Source of the DNA: Acidobacteriota bacterium
GTDB lineage: Bacteria; Acidobacteriota; UBA6911; JACQSX01
Assembly (NCBI GenBank): GCA_016211105.1
Contig: JACQSX010000029.1
Coordinates: forward strand, 5,210 to 69,209
Direction of reading: 5' to 3'
Length of the DNA: 64,000 nucleotides
In this document: piece after piece, positions 10,214 through 20,861 of the stretch
Layout of the letters: each line of letters opens with the position of its first letter
Position numbering within the stretch: the stretch's first letter is position 1
Position numbers and translations under genes: made by a program
Notes under the pieces: model-generated
Databases searched by the model: none
What the model was told of the DNA's origin: nothing
Seen by the model: the letters and a program-made list of their open reading frames with translations, nothing else

Positions 10214-10345
10214 GCTCGGGGCAGAAACATCCAGTCCAAACTTCGTGACGCTGCAATTCCGCTCAGGCCATTCTCCTTCGTTGATTCTGCGGCAAATTAC
10301 GCAAATTCTTGGATCAGACAGTTAGATAAAATAGGGACAGCCACT

Positions 10346-10370
10346 GCCAGCCCCACTCCGGCGGGCTGGC
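10346..10370. terminator. GC-rich hairpin (GCCAGCCC-9 nt loop-GGGCTGGC) between convergent MFS and metH genes; putative bidirectional terminator
   Basis: An inverted repeat read directly from the sequence. On the minus strand it is followed by a U-rich stretch (UAUUUUAUCU). Confidence 0.35.
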
Positions 10371-10417
10371 TGCTAAAGCAGTCTCCCGGTCCCTAACTTT
10401 TACACGTAACGGTCTGG

Positions 10418-13400
10418 CTAACCGGAGACCTCGATCAAGGGCGAGGCTCTATCGGGATCATAATTCAGATTGGGACCCAGCCACTTTTCTACCACGGCCA
10501 CCTCCATTCTCTTTCGCGCCGCATAGTCGACAACCTGATCCCGGCCGATGGCGCCCACGGCAAAATACTTCGCCTCAGGATGACTGAAATATAGCCCACT
10601 CACCGAACTGGCCGGCACCATGGCGAAATTTTCCGTCAGTTGTACGCCGATATTCTTCTCCACCCGCAACAGGTCAAAAAGCGGACGCTTCTCCGTATGG
10701 TCGGGACACGCTGGATAGCCGGGAGCGGGGCGGATACCCCGGTACTTTTCCTGTATGTAATCTTCGACGCTCAACTGCTCCGCTTTTCCATAGTCCCAAT
10801 CGTCACGAGCCTTCTTATGCAGCCACTCAGCGGTTGCTTCGGCGCAGCGATCTGCCAAGGCCTTCGTCATGATCGCGCCATAATCATCGTGCTGTTGCTG
10901 GAAATCCGCCACCAGTTCGTCAACGCCAATCCCTGCCGTCACCGCGAAAGCGCCTAGATAATCTGCGTTACCAGAATATTTGGGCGCGACAAAATCAGCG
11001 AGGGCATAGTTAAACTGATCTTTCGGCTTCTCCACCTGCTGCCGCAGCGTGTGAAAGGTGGTCACGACCTGCTGCCGGGTCTCATCGCCGTAGATTTCTA
11101 TGTCATCGCCGGCGCTGTTGGCGAGGAAAAATCCATACACTGCCTTGGCGGCAAGCAATCGGTGGCGGACGATGCGTTGCAGGAGTCGCTGCGCATCCTC
11201 GTACAACTCCTTGGCCTTGTCCCCGGCGAGAGGATCCTTAAAGATGGTCGGATAGCGGCCGCGAAGCTCCCAGGCATGGAAAAAGGGAGACCAGTCAATG
11301 AACGTGACAATTTCCTCCCAGGGACAGGGATCGATCACCCGCACCCCTAAGAAGGCGGGCTTGGGAGGAGAGGCGGCCGCCCAGTCGATCCGCTTGTGAC
11401 GCGCGCGCGCTTCAGCCAAGCTTAACAGTCGCTTCGCCAATTTTTTCTCCTCCTGAGCTATACGCGCACGCCCCTGTTCTTCCTGATTTTTTCTGACAAA
11501 CTCCCCCTTCATTCCTGCACTGAGAAGTTGCCCGACAACGCCTACGCAGCGAGAAGCATCCAGCACATGCACGGTTGGAGCATGATAATGGGGCGCGATC
11601 TTTACTGCCGTATGAGCCTTGCTTGTGGTAGCGCCCCCAATCAACAGCGGGACCTGGAATCCTTCGCGCTCCATCTCCTTGGCCACATGGACCATCTCGT
11701 CCAACGAAGGAGTGATCAGACCGCTCAGGCCGATGACATTCACTTGCTCCTCCCGCGCCACCTGAAGGATCTTTTCGCAGGAGACCATCACACCAAGATC
11801 AATCACTTCATAGTTGTTGCAGCCCAGGACGACACTCACGATGTTCTTGCCAATATCATGAACATCACCTTTGACCGTGGCCAGCAGCACCTTGCCCTGG
11901 GTTTGGCTGCCGCGGCCACCCTTTTTTTTCTCTTCCTCCATAAAAGGGAGAAGATAGGCGACGGCCTTCTTCATCACACGCGCGCTTTTCACCACTTGGG
12001 GCAAGAACATTTTCCCGGAACCGAAGAGGTCTCCCACAATACTCATTCCGGCCATCAATGGTCCCTCAATCACAGCCAAAGGCGTGCCATATTTCCGACG
12101 AGCCTCTTCCGTATCAACGTCGATGTAATCAATGATTCCCTTAATCAGGGCATGGGACAACCTCTCCTCCGCGGAACCTTTCCGCCAAACATCCTCTTTA
12201 ACCTGAGCTTCACCTGCCCTCCTGAAAGTTTCCGCAAATTCGATTAACCGCTCTGTAGCGTCGGGCCGCCGATTCAACAAGACATCTTCGACCCTCTCTT
12301 TCAGCCCGCGATCGATTTCCTCGTATACCTCCAGTTGTCCGGCATTGACGATCCCCATGTCAAGACCGGCCCGAATCGCATGGTACAGGAAAATCGAGTG
12401 CATGGCTTCCCGCACTGCGTTGTTGCCACGGAAGGAGAATGAGATATTGCTGATCCCGCCGCTCACCCGACAATGTGGCATGGTGGCTTTAATCTGATGC
12501 ACAGCTTCAATGAAATTGACCGCATAATGGTTGTGTTCCTCAATGCCGGTGGCTACGGTCAGCACATTCGGATCAAAAATAATGTCGCTACCGTGAATCC
12601 CTAGCTCTTCGGTCAAAATCCGATAAGCGCGCGCGCACACCTCGACTTTGCGTTTCAGGGTATCCGCTTGGCCTTTTTCATCAAAGGCCATCACGAGAAC
12701 CGCGGCTCCGTAGCGGCGCGCCTTCCTGGCCTGCCGTTTAAAGATTTCTTCTCCTTCCTTCAAGCTAATGGAATTGACAATCGCCTTCCCCTGGACGCAC
12801 TTCAAGCCCGCTTCGATCACCGGCCATTTCGAGCTGTCAATCATGATTGGGACTCTCGCGATATCGGGTTCAGCCGCAATCAGGTTCAAAAAATGAATCA
12901 TGGCCTTTTCGCCATCCAACATCGCCTCGTCCATGTTGACGTCCAGGATATTGGCTCCGCCTTCAACCTGGTGACGCGCAATGGCCAGCGCATCCTCATA
13001 GCTGCCTTGCAAGATCAGCTTTGCGAACCTTGGCGACCCGGTGATGTTGGTGCGCTCGCCAATCATGACAAACCCCATCTCCGGACGCAGGACGAGCGCC
13101 TCCAGTCCGCTGTAACGGGATACAGCTTCAATGCGACGCGGCACGCGAGGAGGAATGCCCTCAACTGCCCGCGCAATTGCGTGAATGTGGTCGGGGGTAG
13201 TTCCACAGCATCCTCCGACAATATTCAACCAACCGTTCTGAGCGAACTCCTTCAGCACTGCCGCCATCTCCTGTGGAGACTGCTCATACTGCCCGAAGGC
13301 GTTGGGCAAGCCAGCGTTGGGATAACAACTGACGAAACAGGGACAAAGAGACGAGAGCTCCTCGATGTGAGGGCGCATGTCCTTCGCTCCCAGGGCACAG

Positions 13401-14131
13401 TTGATCCCCACGCTAAAAGGATTGGCATGCGCCACCGAAACCCAAAAGGCTTCCAGGGTCTGTCCGGACAAGGTGCGCCCTGATTGATCGGTTATAGTGA
13501 CGGAGATCATCACAGGAACACGCCGGCCTGACTTCTCAAACTGCTCTTCAATGGCAAACAACGCGGCCTTCAGGTTGAGGGTATCGAACGTTGTCTCCGG
13601 GAGGAGCAAATCGACGCCTCCGTCGATAAGTCCACTCACCTGCTCGCTGTAAGCTGCCACGAGCTGGTCAAAGGTGACTGCCCGGTAGGCAGAATTGTTG
13701 ACATCGGGAGACATCGAGGCGGTACGATTCGTGGGCCCGATGGATCCGGCCACCCATAGATCTCGTCCCGGATTTTTCGCCTGGAAGGTCGCTACTGCTT
13801 GCCGCCCCGCTCGCGCTCCTGCAAGATTCAATTCATAGGCCAACCCCCCCATCTTGTAGTCAGCGAGCGAAATCGCGTTAGAATTGAAGGTATTGGTTTC
13901 GATGATATCCGCCCCTGCTTCCAGGAAACGCTGATGGATCGAGACAATGATCTCCGGCTGCGTGACAGAAAGCAGATCGTTATTTCCTTTCAAATCACCG
14001 GGATGATTCTTGAACTGCTCGCCCCGATAGTCGCCCTCGGCGAGATGGAAGCTCTGGATCATCGTCCCCATAGCTCCGTCGATGATCACAATGCGCTCTC
14101 GTAACAAGTCGGCGAGTGGTTTTTGACTCAT
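10418..14131 (-). CDS. metH: Cobalamin-dependent methionine synthase
   Basis: 1237 aa containing all MetH modules: Hcy-binding, pterin-binding, B12-binding (DxHxxG-like region [11 protein letters not shown]) and the AdoMet reactivation domain. Confidence 0.95.
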   Translation of the reverse strand: MSQKPLADLLRERIVIIDGAMGTMIQSFHLAEGDYRGEQFKNHPGDLKGNNDLLSVTQPEIIVSIHQRFLEAGADIIETNTFNSNAISLADYKMGGLAYELNLAGARAGRQAVATFQAKNPGRDLWVAGSIGPTNRTASMSPDVNNSAYRAVTFDQLVAAYSEQVSGLIDGGVDLLLPETTFDTLNLKAALFAIEEQFEKSGRRVPVMISVTITDQSGRTLSGQTLEAFWVSVAHANPFSVGINCALGAKDMRPHIEELSSLCPCFVSCYPNAGLPNAFGQYEQSPQEMAAVLKEFAQNGWLNIVGGCCGTTPDHIHAIARAVEGIPPRVPRRIEAVSRYSGLEALVLRPEMGFVMIGERTNITGSPRFAKLILQGSYEDALAIARHQVEGGANILDVNMDEAMLDGEKAMIHFLNLIAAEPDIARVPIMIDSSKWPVIEAGLKCVQGKAIVNSISLKEGEEIFKRQARKARRYGAAVLVMAFDEKGQADTLKRKVEVCARAYRILTEELGIHGSDIIFDPNVLTVATGIEEHNHYAVNFIEAVHQIKATMPHCRVSGGISNISFSFRGNNAVREAMHSIFLYHAIRAGLDMGIVNAGQLEVYEEIDRGLKERVEDVLLNRRPDATERLIEFAETFRRAGEAQVKEDVWRKGSAEERLSHALIKGIIDYIDVDTEEARRKYGTPLAVIEGPLMAGMSIVGDLFGSGKMFLPQVVKSARVMKKAVAYLLPFMEEEKKKGGRGSQTQGKVLLATVKGDVHDIGKNIVSVVLGCNNYEVIDLGVMVSCEKILQVAREEQVNVIGLSGLITPSLDEMVHVAKEMEREGFQVPLLIGGATTSKAHTAVKIAPHYHAPTVHVLDASRCVGVVGQLLSAGMKGEFVRKNQEEQGRARIAQEEKKLAKRLLSLAEARARHKRIDWAAASPPKPAFLGVRVIDPCPWEEIVTFIDWSPFFHAWELRGRYPTIFKDPLAGDKAKELYEDAQRLLQRIVRHRLLAAKAVYGFFLANSAGDDIEIYGDETRQQVVTTFHTLRQQVEKPKDQFNYALADFVAPKYSGNADYLGAFAVTAGIGVDELVADFQQQHDDYGAIMTKALADRCAEATAEWLHKKARDDWDYGKAEQLSVEDYIQEKYRGIRPAPGYPACPDHTEKRPLFDLLRVEKNIGVQLTENFAMVPASSVSGLYFSHPEAKYFAVGAIGRDQVVDYAARKRMEVAVVEKWLGPNLNYDPDRASPLIEVSG

Positions 14132-14502
14132 ATGTCGGCGCCAGCTCTCAGCAGTCAGCAGTTATTTGTTCGGTCGGCTTGAGCAACGCTCCAGCCTCCC
14201 GATGATTTAATTCCAACTCCAATTCCAGAGCCGTGAATCGGGCCTGTCAGATACCTGGCCAAACTCGATCATTGTAGCGGGTTGCCTGTCGAAAGTCGAA
14301 AATTACACCGCTACGACGGCCGCGACCCATGAGAGCCGAAGAAAGAACGGCGCATTTCTATAGGTTCGCAAGTCGAGTTAGACAGCGCGCCGGTCTACAA
14401 CCGCAAAATCAAAAGCGCTGGCAAATTGTCTTTTCAGCTTCCGTTTCTCTTTTCTTCTGCAACGCTGTGCTAGAATCGTCCATCATAGCTAAAGGGCTGC
14501 AG

Positions 14503-15561
14503 ATGATGAAAAAGAAGCCAAAGCTTGTCTCAGTAATCGTGGCGTTCAGCTTGGTTATGCTCGCAGCCCAAACCGGCCTTAGCCAGAGTTCGAAGACGGG
14601 CGTACCATCCCAAGAGGAACCGAAGAAGCAAGAGCCAAAAGATCTGAAAGAAAAGCAGGAAGCCCCGCGCGGAAGGACAGCAATCCGGGTCAATGTCGAG
14701 CAAGTGAGTGTCGATGTCACTGTAACGGACAAGAACGGAAATCTTATCCAGGGACTCACCGCGGACAACTTCAAGATCTATGAGGACAAGGTGGAGCAGA
14801 AGATCGTCAATTTTACTCCGGTAGATGCCCCGATGACGGTGGTATTGCTTGTCGAATACAACAAAGTCATCTGGTATGCGCTGTACGAAGTGCTGGTTGC
14901 AACTTACACGTTTGTAGATCAGGTCAGACCCGAAGATTGGGTGGCCATCGTAGCATATGACATTAAACCCGAAATTCTCACCGATTTTACGCAGAACAAA
15001 GGGGAAGTGTATAACGCCCTCCGCAGGCTAAATTATCCCGCATGGAGCGAAGCGAATTTCTATGACGCCACGATCGACGTGCTCGACCGCGTACGTGAAA
15101 TTGACGGGAAGGTCGCGGTTGTAATGCTCACTTCCGGACGTGACACCTTTAGCAAAGCGACCTTGGATAGAGCGCTTCGGGCCGCGAAAAACACGGGCGC
15201 TATCATCTATCCGATCAGCGTCGGAGGCGGAGTCCGAACGCGCTATGAAGGCGAAATGTCCGACACTGCGAGGATGGATTTCTATCAAGCCGATGCCGTG
15301 CTCAAGGAATTTGCCAAGTCAACAGGAGGGGAGGCTTATTTCCCGCGATTTGAGCAAGAATACCCCGGCATTTTTAGGGACATTTCCAATATGCTGCGCA
15401 ACCAATATCGAATCTCTTATGTTCCCAGCAACACAGCCAAGGACGGAAAATTCCGAAGAATCAAAGTGGAAGTGAAGACTAACATTATGAGGGATGGCAA
15501 GCCGCTCGAGCTCAGAGCACGCTACAGAGAAGGATATTATGGGGAGAAAACTTCTAACTAG
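14503..15561 (+). CDS. Secreted von Willebrand factor A (VWA) domain protein
   Basis: Signal peptide MMKKKPKLVSVIVAFSLVMLAAQTG followed by a VWA fold (VVLLVEYNKV...TSGRDTFS). The start is taken at the ATG at 14503 inside the longer ORF-track ORF. Confidence 0.7.
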   Translation: MMKKKPKLVSVIVAFSLVMLAAQTGLSQSSKTGVPSQEEPKKQEPKDLKEKQEAPRGRTAIRVNVEQVSVDVTVTDKNGNLIQGLTADNFKIYEDKVEQKIVNFTPVDAPMTVVLLVEYNKVIWYALYEVLVATYTFVDQVRPEDWVAIVAYDIKPEILTDFTQNKGEVYNALRRLNYPAWSEANFYDATIDVLDRVREIDGKVAVVMLTSGRDTFSKATLDRALRAAKNTGAIIYPISVGGGVRTRYEGEMSDTARMDFYQADAVLKEFAKSTGGEAYFPRFEQEYPGIFRDISNMLRNQYRISYVPSNTAKDGKFRRIKVEVKTNIMRDGKPLELRARYREGYYGEKTSN

Positions 15562-15586
15562 CGGGTCACTTTGCCATTGCAAGGTT

Positions 15587-16267
15587 TCATTGTTCACATT
15601 CTGAATACCTGAGCTGGGTGCGAATTCTCTCCAACTGGACCATCGCGTTGCGCACCACCGTGCAGTATTGATGCGTCTCATCCAACAGCTTCTTCATCTG
15701 TTCCCCAGTCGATTCCCCCGCCAGCAGATAGCTTAACCCCAGTATTGCGGTAAGGTAATTCTTTATATCCAATTCGAGAAACGTGAGATTCAGTGCGATC
15801 AACTGGACCCTTGTTCGGGACATGACTCCGCGCAACTGCGGAGACATCGATTTTTCGATCATATTGTAGAGGTTGACCAAACTAGCCGACATCATCGCCG
15901 CAATGTTCTTGATCTCCAACGACTGGGGAAATTCCACACTTTCCATGATTAATGCCATCAGCTCTACCTGAATCCGCGAAATATCCCAGCTAATCCGATA
16001 AGCCTCGTCCAGGCCTAGCTCGGCGCGGCGCGCCTGGCAATCCAGCTCTTGAATCGCATTTGATAGCGACTCTAGCTCGATCCTGTCTCTCTCCCATTCA
16101 GAGTTCTCGCCGAGTCGCTTTAATGCTTCACACTCAAATTGCTCCCCTCTTGCCAGTTCATACCATGTCTCCCGTCCCTTTGGAAATTCCGAAAAGCGGT
16201 CGCAGAGGTGAGAATACACAGCGGCAATCCTCTGCTTTAATTCGATAATTGCGTTGGAACTTTCCAA
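15587..16267 (-). CDS. Hypothetical all-helical protein (226 aa), no recognisable family
   Basis: Long ORF on the same strand, 65 nt downstream of tpx. TTG start with a GAGG RBS. Composition is coding-like. Confidence 0.5.
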   Translation of the reverse strand: MESSNAIIELKQRIAAVYSHLCDRFSEFPKGRETWYELARGEQFECEALKRLGENSEWERDRIELESLSNAIQELDCQARRAELGLDEAYRISWDISRIQVELMALIMESVEFPQSLEIKNIAAMMSASLVNLYNMIEKSMSPQLRGVMSRTRVQLIALNLTFLELDIKNYLTAILGLSYLLAGESTGEQMKKLLDETHQYCTVVRNAMVQLERIRTQLRYSECEQ

Positions 16268-16332
16268 GCAAACCTCGTCACAAATTGGGACCGCGACGCA
16301 CCAATGACTTGTATTGTACCGGCTATTTCCCT

Positions 16333-16833
16333 CTACCGGATCGCCGCTAAGGCAGCATCATAATCGGGTTCGTCTGCGATTTCCTTCACCAGTTGCGCGT
16401 GGATTACCTTATCGCTTTCGTTCAGGACCACCACAGCACGCGCCGCAATGCCGGCCAACGGACCGTCTTCGATCAGCACTCCGTAATCTTTGGCAAAATC
16501 ACGCGAACGCATCATCGAAAGTGGAATGACATTCTTCAACCCTTCTATAGAGCAAAAGCGCCCCTGCGCAAATGGCAGGTCGGCAGAAACAACTAGTACG
16601 ACTGCGTTATTGAGCTGTGCAGCCCGCTCGTTGAACTTCCGAGCTGACGTAGCGCAGGTTGGGGTGTCCAGGCTGGGCACGATGTTCAGGATTTTTTTCT
16701 TGCCTTTGAATGTGTTTAAATTCACATCGTTCAGTTTGCCATCTACAAGGCGGAAATCTGGGGCTTGATTGTCTACCTTCGGTAATTCGCCGTTGGTATG
16801 AATGGGGTTACCTTTCAGAGTAACAGTTGCCAT
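16333..16833 (-). CDS. tpx: Thiol peroxidase (atypical 2-Cys peroxiredoxin)
   Basis: [12 protein letters not shown] active-site motif and Tpx-typical length (166 aa). AGGAGA RBS. Confidence 0.9.
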   Translation of the reverse strand: MATVTLKGNPIHTNGELPKVDNQAPDFRLVDGKLNDVNLNTFKGKKKILNIVPSLDTPTCATSARKFNERAAQLNNAVVLVVSADLPFAQGRFCSIEGLKNVIPLSMMRSRDFAKDYGVLIEDGPLAGIAARAVVVLNESDKVIHAQLVKEIADEPDYDAALAAIR

Positions 16834-17001
16834 GGTTTCTCCTATTCCCTTCTAACGGTGACGATTTTATAAGATGGCGAAGACTTTTCACAGCAAAAGA
16901 GGCCGTTTACCTTCAATTTCTCAACTGCTGACGTCCCATTCTTCGGACCTTGGTTTCCCACCCAGTCCCGCGCGGAATCCTATGATAGACTACGCAGGTA
17001 C

Positions 17002-17475
17002 ATGACCTTTCAGTCACTGCTGCTTTGGTTTCTAAGTATTGTCGGGCTGTTTTGTGCCCTACAGGCAATCGTAATTCTTACCTTCGCCATCAAACTCTCC
17101 AAGAGGATCGACGCCATCACGAATCGTATGGAATTGCTGCAACAAAGAGTTGTTAAGACAAGCGAAACGATCTCGAGACTGCTTGAAGTCCTGCGACCCT
17201 TCGTACGGTCCGCGCAGGAGATCGAAGAGCGCTCCAGCCGCGTGTTAAACCAATGGCTCGTCTGCGTTAGAAAAACGGGAGTACAGATCGATGATAGCTT
17301 GCGGTTGGGACGCGGGAAGCTGCGCCAGTTCAACGCCGAGGTTGACGCCATCTTCCGTCGTATGCAATCCACCAGCGCGCAAGTCCAGGGCGCAATCCTA
17401 GGCCCAGCCGCGGAGATCGCCGCCGTTATTCGAGGAGCTCGGAGAGCATGGCAACGTTATACAAAGAAGCGATGA
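17002..17475 (+). CDS. Hypothetical membrane-anchored coiled-coil protein (DUF948-like architecture)
   Basis: A single N-terminal TM helix followed by a charged helical domain. ATG start. Confidence 0.5.
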   Translation: MTFQSLLLWFLSIVGLFCALQAIVILTFAIKLSKRIDAITNRMELLQQRVVKTSETISRLLEVLRPFVRSAQEIEERSSRVLNQWLVCVRKTGVQIDDSLRLGRGKLRQFNAEVDAIFRRMQSTSAQVQGAILGPAAEIAAVIRGARRAWQRYTKKR

Positions 17476-17499
17476 TCAAAGGCAGCCTCGGGCACCGCC

Positions 17500-17850
17500 T
17501 TATTTCTTGGTTGGCTGCGGCTGTCCGGGCTGTGCTTGTTGCTGGCCGGGCCCCTGCGACTGAGGCGCCGCAGGCTGCGCGGACGGATAGCGAACACGCT
17601 CCACCACACTGGATGCCTGCCGGTTATAGAGAATGGCGAGAGCAAGCGACGTAATCATAAAAATGACGGCGCAGGCAGTAGTCAGCTTGCTTAGAAACGT
17701 AGCCGCGCCGCGTGCTCCAAACGCGGTTTGGCTTCCACCCCCGCCAAACGCTCCCGCAAGATCGGCGCCCTTTCCTGACTGCAGTAACACCACGGCGATC
17801 AATATCAGGGACACGAACAGATGCAATGCCAAAATAAGGTAAAAAGCCAT
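17500..17850 (-). CDS. secG: Preprotein translocase subunit SecG
   Basis: Two TM helices flanking a Gly-rich loop (GAFGGGGSQTAFG). A GAAGGAG RBS. Conserved pgk-tpiA-secG gene order. Confidence 0.85.
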   Translation of the reverse strand: MAFYLILALHLFVSLILIAVVLLQSGKGADLAGAFGGGGSQTAFGARGAATFLSKLTTACAVIFMITSLALAILYNRQASSVVERVRYPSAQPAAPQSQGPGQQQAQPGQPQPTKK

Positions 17851-18036
17851 TTAAAACATCTCCTTCAACATCATACCATGCCAAGCGTCGCCAGGGTTCT
17901 TCGTTGACTTCACTCCAGTGGAGGCCGGAGGGCATCGGTATCCCTCCGCTGCTCCTCAGGCTGACGGGAATTGCGGCCGATTTCGGGCGTCGCGCATCCG
18001 CCCACTTCCCGGCATCGCTCCTTCTCACCGCTTGCC

Positions 18037-18795
18037 CTAGACCTGATAGTTCACAATCCGCGCAAAATCCTGTGCCTTTAGACTCGCGCCGCCCACCAGC
18101 GCCCCGTCAATATCTGGCTGGGTCATCAGAGCGTCTACATTATCTGGCTTCACACTCCCCCCATAGAGGATGCGTAAACGATCCGCGCTTTGCATACCAC
18201 ATCGTTCACAAATATATTCTCTTATGAACCGATGCACTTGCTGAGCGGTCTCGGGAGTCGCGGTCTTACCTGTCCCAATCGCCCAGACGGGCTCATAAGC
18301 GACAACGATACGGGAGAGCTGTGAGGGAGTCAAGGAACCCAAGGCTCCATCTAACTGTTGTCGAATGACCGCCTCCGTAGAACCGGACTCCCTTTCTTGC
18401 AGAGTCTCGCCCACGCAAAAGACCGGATCTAGATTCGCCCTCAAGGCAGCACGCAGCTTGCTCCCTAGAAACTGATCGCTCTCATGAAAATACTGGCGCC
18501 GCTCCGAGTGACCGATGATCACGAAAGTACAGCCCACTGAGACCAATATCTCGGCGGAGACTTCGCCGGTAAAAGCTCCTTCCGGCTCGGGATGTAGATT
18601 CTGAGCGCCCACGCGAATGCGACTCCTTCCCAAGTGTTGATGGACTAAAGATATCACTGCAAAGGAAGGAGCAACCCCGACCTCGCGATCTCCTACCACA
18701 CGGATCGTAGTTCGCAACTGATCACACAGTTCCACCGCGGCTGACGCATCCTTATACATTTTCCAGTTACCGATAATAAATGGGATCCGATCCAT
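18037..18795 (-). CDS. tpiA: Triose-phosphate isomerase
   Basis: Canonical TIM motifs (NWKM, AYEPVWAIGTGKTAT). Confidence 0.95.
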   Translation of the reverse strand: MDRIPFIIGNWKMYKDASAAVELCDQLRTTIRVVGDREVGVAPSFAVISLVHQHLGRSRIRVGAQNLHPEPEGAFTGEVSAEILVSVGCTFVIIGHSERRQYFHESDQFLGSKLRAALRANLDPVFCVGETLQERESGSTEAVIRQQLDGALGSLTPSQLSRIVVAYEPVWAIGTGKTATPETAQQVHRFIREYICERCGMQSADRLRILYGGSVKPDNVDALMTQPDIDGALVGGASLKAQDFARIVNYQV

Positions 18796-18831
18796 ACTCG
18801 CTATGTCCCTCTTTGCTAAGTGAATTTGTTC

Positions 18832-20019
18832 TCATTGAACGGCATCTGTCAATGCTTCGACCCCGGGCAATTTCTTTCCGGCGAGAAATTCCAACGACGC
18901 TCCACCGCCTGTGGAAACGTGATCAATGCGATTTTGCACGCCGGCAATCGACAGCGCTGCTACCGAGTCTCCTCCGCCTACGATGGTAAGCCCCCGAACC
19001 TGCGCCACCGCATGCGCGATCGCCAACGTGCCTCGCGCAAAGGACTCCATTTCAAAGACCCCCATCGGTCCATTCCAAATGACGGTCTTCGAGGCGCGAA
19101 TGACGTCGCAGTATCTTTGTATGGTGATCGGTCCAATGTCCAAACCCATCATGTCGTCAGGAATGCGAGTTTCCACTCTCCACGGGGCATTTACCTTGTG
19201 TTCCGCAGCGACCACATGATCCGCGGGTAACATCAAATGGACCTGGCGAGCCGCGGCCTGCTGTATCAAGTTCTTTGCTCTTGCTACCTTATCTTCCTCT
19301 AACCGTGACTTGCCAATGGGTCGGCTCTCGGCTTCCAAAAAGGTATAGGCCATGGCTCCGCCGACTAGAATGTTCTGTGCGATGTTCAGAAAATTTTCAA
19401 TGACCTCAATCTTCTCATCCACCTTGGCTCCACCCAAGATGACGGTCACCGGTTCCTCAGGGTTCTCCAGCGCACGAGACAGGTAGTCGATTTCTTTTTC
19501 CATCAGGAAACCGGCCGCTCCGGTTCCCAAAACCTTGACGATGCCTACCGTCGACGCGTGGGCCCGATGCGCGGCTCCAAAAGCGTCGTTAGCGTAAAGA
19601 TCAGCTAAGGAGGCCAGTTTTCGAGAGAACGTCTCTTCGTTTTTTTCCTCCTCCGCATGAAAACGGAGATTTTCCAGGAGCACGGTCTGCCCTGGCGGCA
19701 GGTGCCGTACCCGCTGTTCGGCGTCCGCGCCGACACAATCGTCGGCAAACCGAATTTCGGCAAGCGGGAGCAAAGTCCGCAGGTGGCGCGCCACCGGTTG
19801 CAGCGAATACTTCTCGTCCTGCGCCCCTTTTGGGCGCCCCAGATGCGAAGCTAAGATTAGCCGTGCGCCATGCTCCAGAGCGTATTGGATGCTTGGCAGC
19901 GACGCGCGAATGCGGCTATCATCCTGCACCTTTCCATCCTTGAGAGGCACATTAAAATCGACCCTCAAAAACAATCGTTTGTCCTTAAGGTCCAGGTTCC
20001 GTAAGCTCAGCTTTTTCAT
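18832..20019 (-). CDS. pgk: Phosphoglycerate kinase
   Basis: Full-length PGK with conserved N- and C-domain motifs (RVDFNVP, GGGASLE). Confidence 0.95.
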   Translation of the reverse strand: MKKLSLRNLDLKDKRLFLRVDFNVPLKDGKVQDDSRIRASLPSIQYALEHGARLILASHLGRPKGAQDEKYSLQPVARHLRTLLPLAEIRFADDCVGADAEQRVRHLPPGQTVLLENLRFHAEEEKNEETFSRKLASLADLYANDAFGAAHRAHASTVGIVKVLGTGAAGFLMEKEIDYLSRALENPEEPVTVILGGAKVDEKIEVIENFLNIAQNILVGGAMAYTFLEAESRPIGKSRLEEDKVARAKNLIQQAAARQVHLMLPADHVVAAEHKVNAPWRVETRIPDDMMGLDIGPITIQRYCDVIRASKTVIWNGPMGVFEMESFARGTLAIAHAVAQVRGLTIVGGGDSVAALSIAGVQNRIDHVSTGGGASLEFLAGKKLPGVEALTDAVQ

Positions 20020-20098
20020 TTGCCAGTTCTTCGCTTACAATGGTGGCCCATTATATATAGAGACCGGCCGAGCGAAACAAAAGTGAGAGAAAAGGTCG

Positions 20099-20830
20099 AT
20101 GCGCTACCTGGTCATTTCCGACATCCACTCTAACTTGGAGGCCCTCCAAGTCGTTCTTCAGTACCACGATTATGACCAGGCTCTAATGCTCGGCGACATC
20201 GTCGGTTACGGGGCAAATCCGGAAGAGGTGGTTCAACTCGTAAGAGAGCTCAGGCCCGTTGCCACAGTGCGTGGCAATCATGACAAGGTTGTGGCCGGGC
20301 TGGAAACGGGAGATGTGTTTGTCTCCCATGCCCTGGCCGCCGCCCTATGGACACGACAACAGTTGAGCGTGGAAAGCCTCCAGTATGTACGCGACCTCCC
20401 TGTGGGACCACGCCAAATCGACGCGCACATTAGCATCGCTCACGGCTCTCCTCGCGACGAAGACGAGTATCTCTTTCCTTATCATCCCAAAATCGCCGTC
20501 TTCGACGCCTTCAGCACGCGCATCTGCTTTTTTGGCCACACTCACATTCCCACCGTTTTTTATCAAACTGGCGAGGCCACCTATTCAGGTCACGTCGAGA
20601 GCCCTCTGAAGCTCACTCTCAACTTGGAATATTCTCGCTATCTGATAAACCCAGGTTCTGTCGGACAACCCCGAGACGGCGATCCTCGAGCGGCCTTCCT
20701 CGTGTTGGACACCAACACCTCCACCGCGGAATTCTTTCGAGTCGACTACGATATCCAAACGGCGCAGCGCAAAATCCGCGAAGCCGGATTGCCGGATTTT
20801 CTTTCCGAGCGGCTGGCAAGAGGAGTGTGA
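20099..20830 (+). CDS. Metallophosphoesterase (YfcE/Apa-like calcineurin-fold phosphatase)
   Basis: DIHSN...GDIVGYG...GNHD metal-binding motifs. Confidence 0.8.
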   Translation: MRYLVISDIHSNLEALQVVLQYHDYDQALMLGDIVGYGANPEEVVQLVRELRPVATVRGNHDKVVAGLETGDVFVSHALAAALWTRQQLSVESLQYVRDLPVGPRQIDAHISIAHGSPRDEDEYLFPYHPKIAVFDAFSTRICFFGHTHIPTVFYQTGEATYSGHVESPLKLTLNLEYSRYLINPGSVGQPRDGDPRAAFLVLDTNTSTAEFFRVDYDIQTAQRKIREAGLPDFLSERLARGV

Positions 20831-20861
20831 CGATCCAACTGCAATCCACGATCCGCAACCT

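Noticed and set aside
10640-13483. Several 100-270-aa ORFs on the plus strand inside metH (e.g. 11528..12247, 12668..13483)
   Set aside because: They overlap the unambiguous metH reading frame on the opposite strand. They are typical high-GC antisense ORFs.
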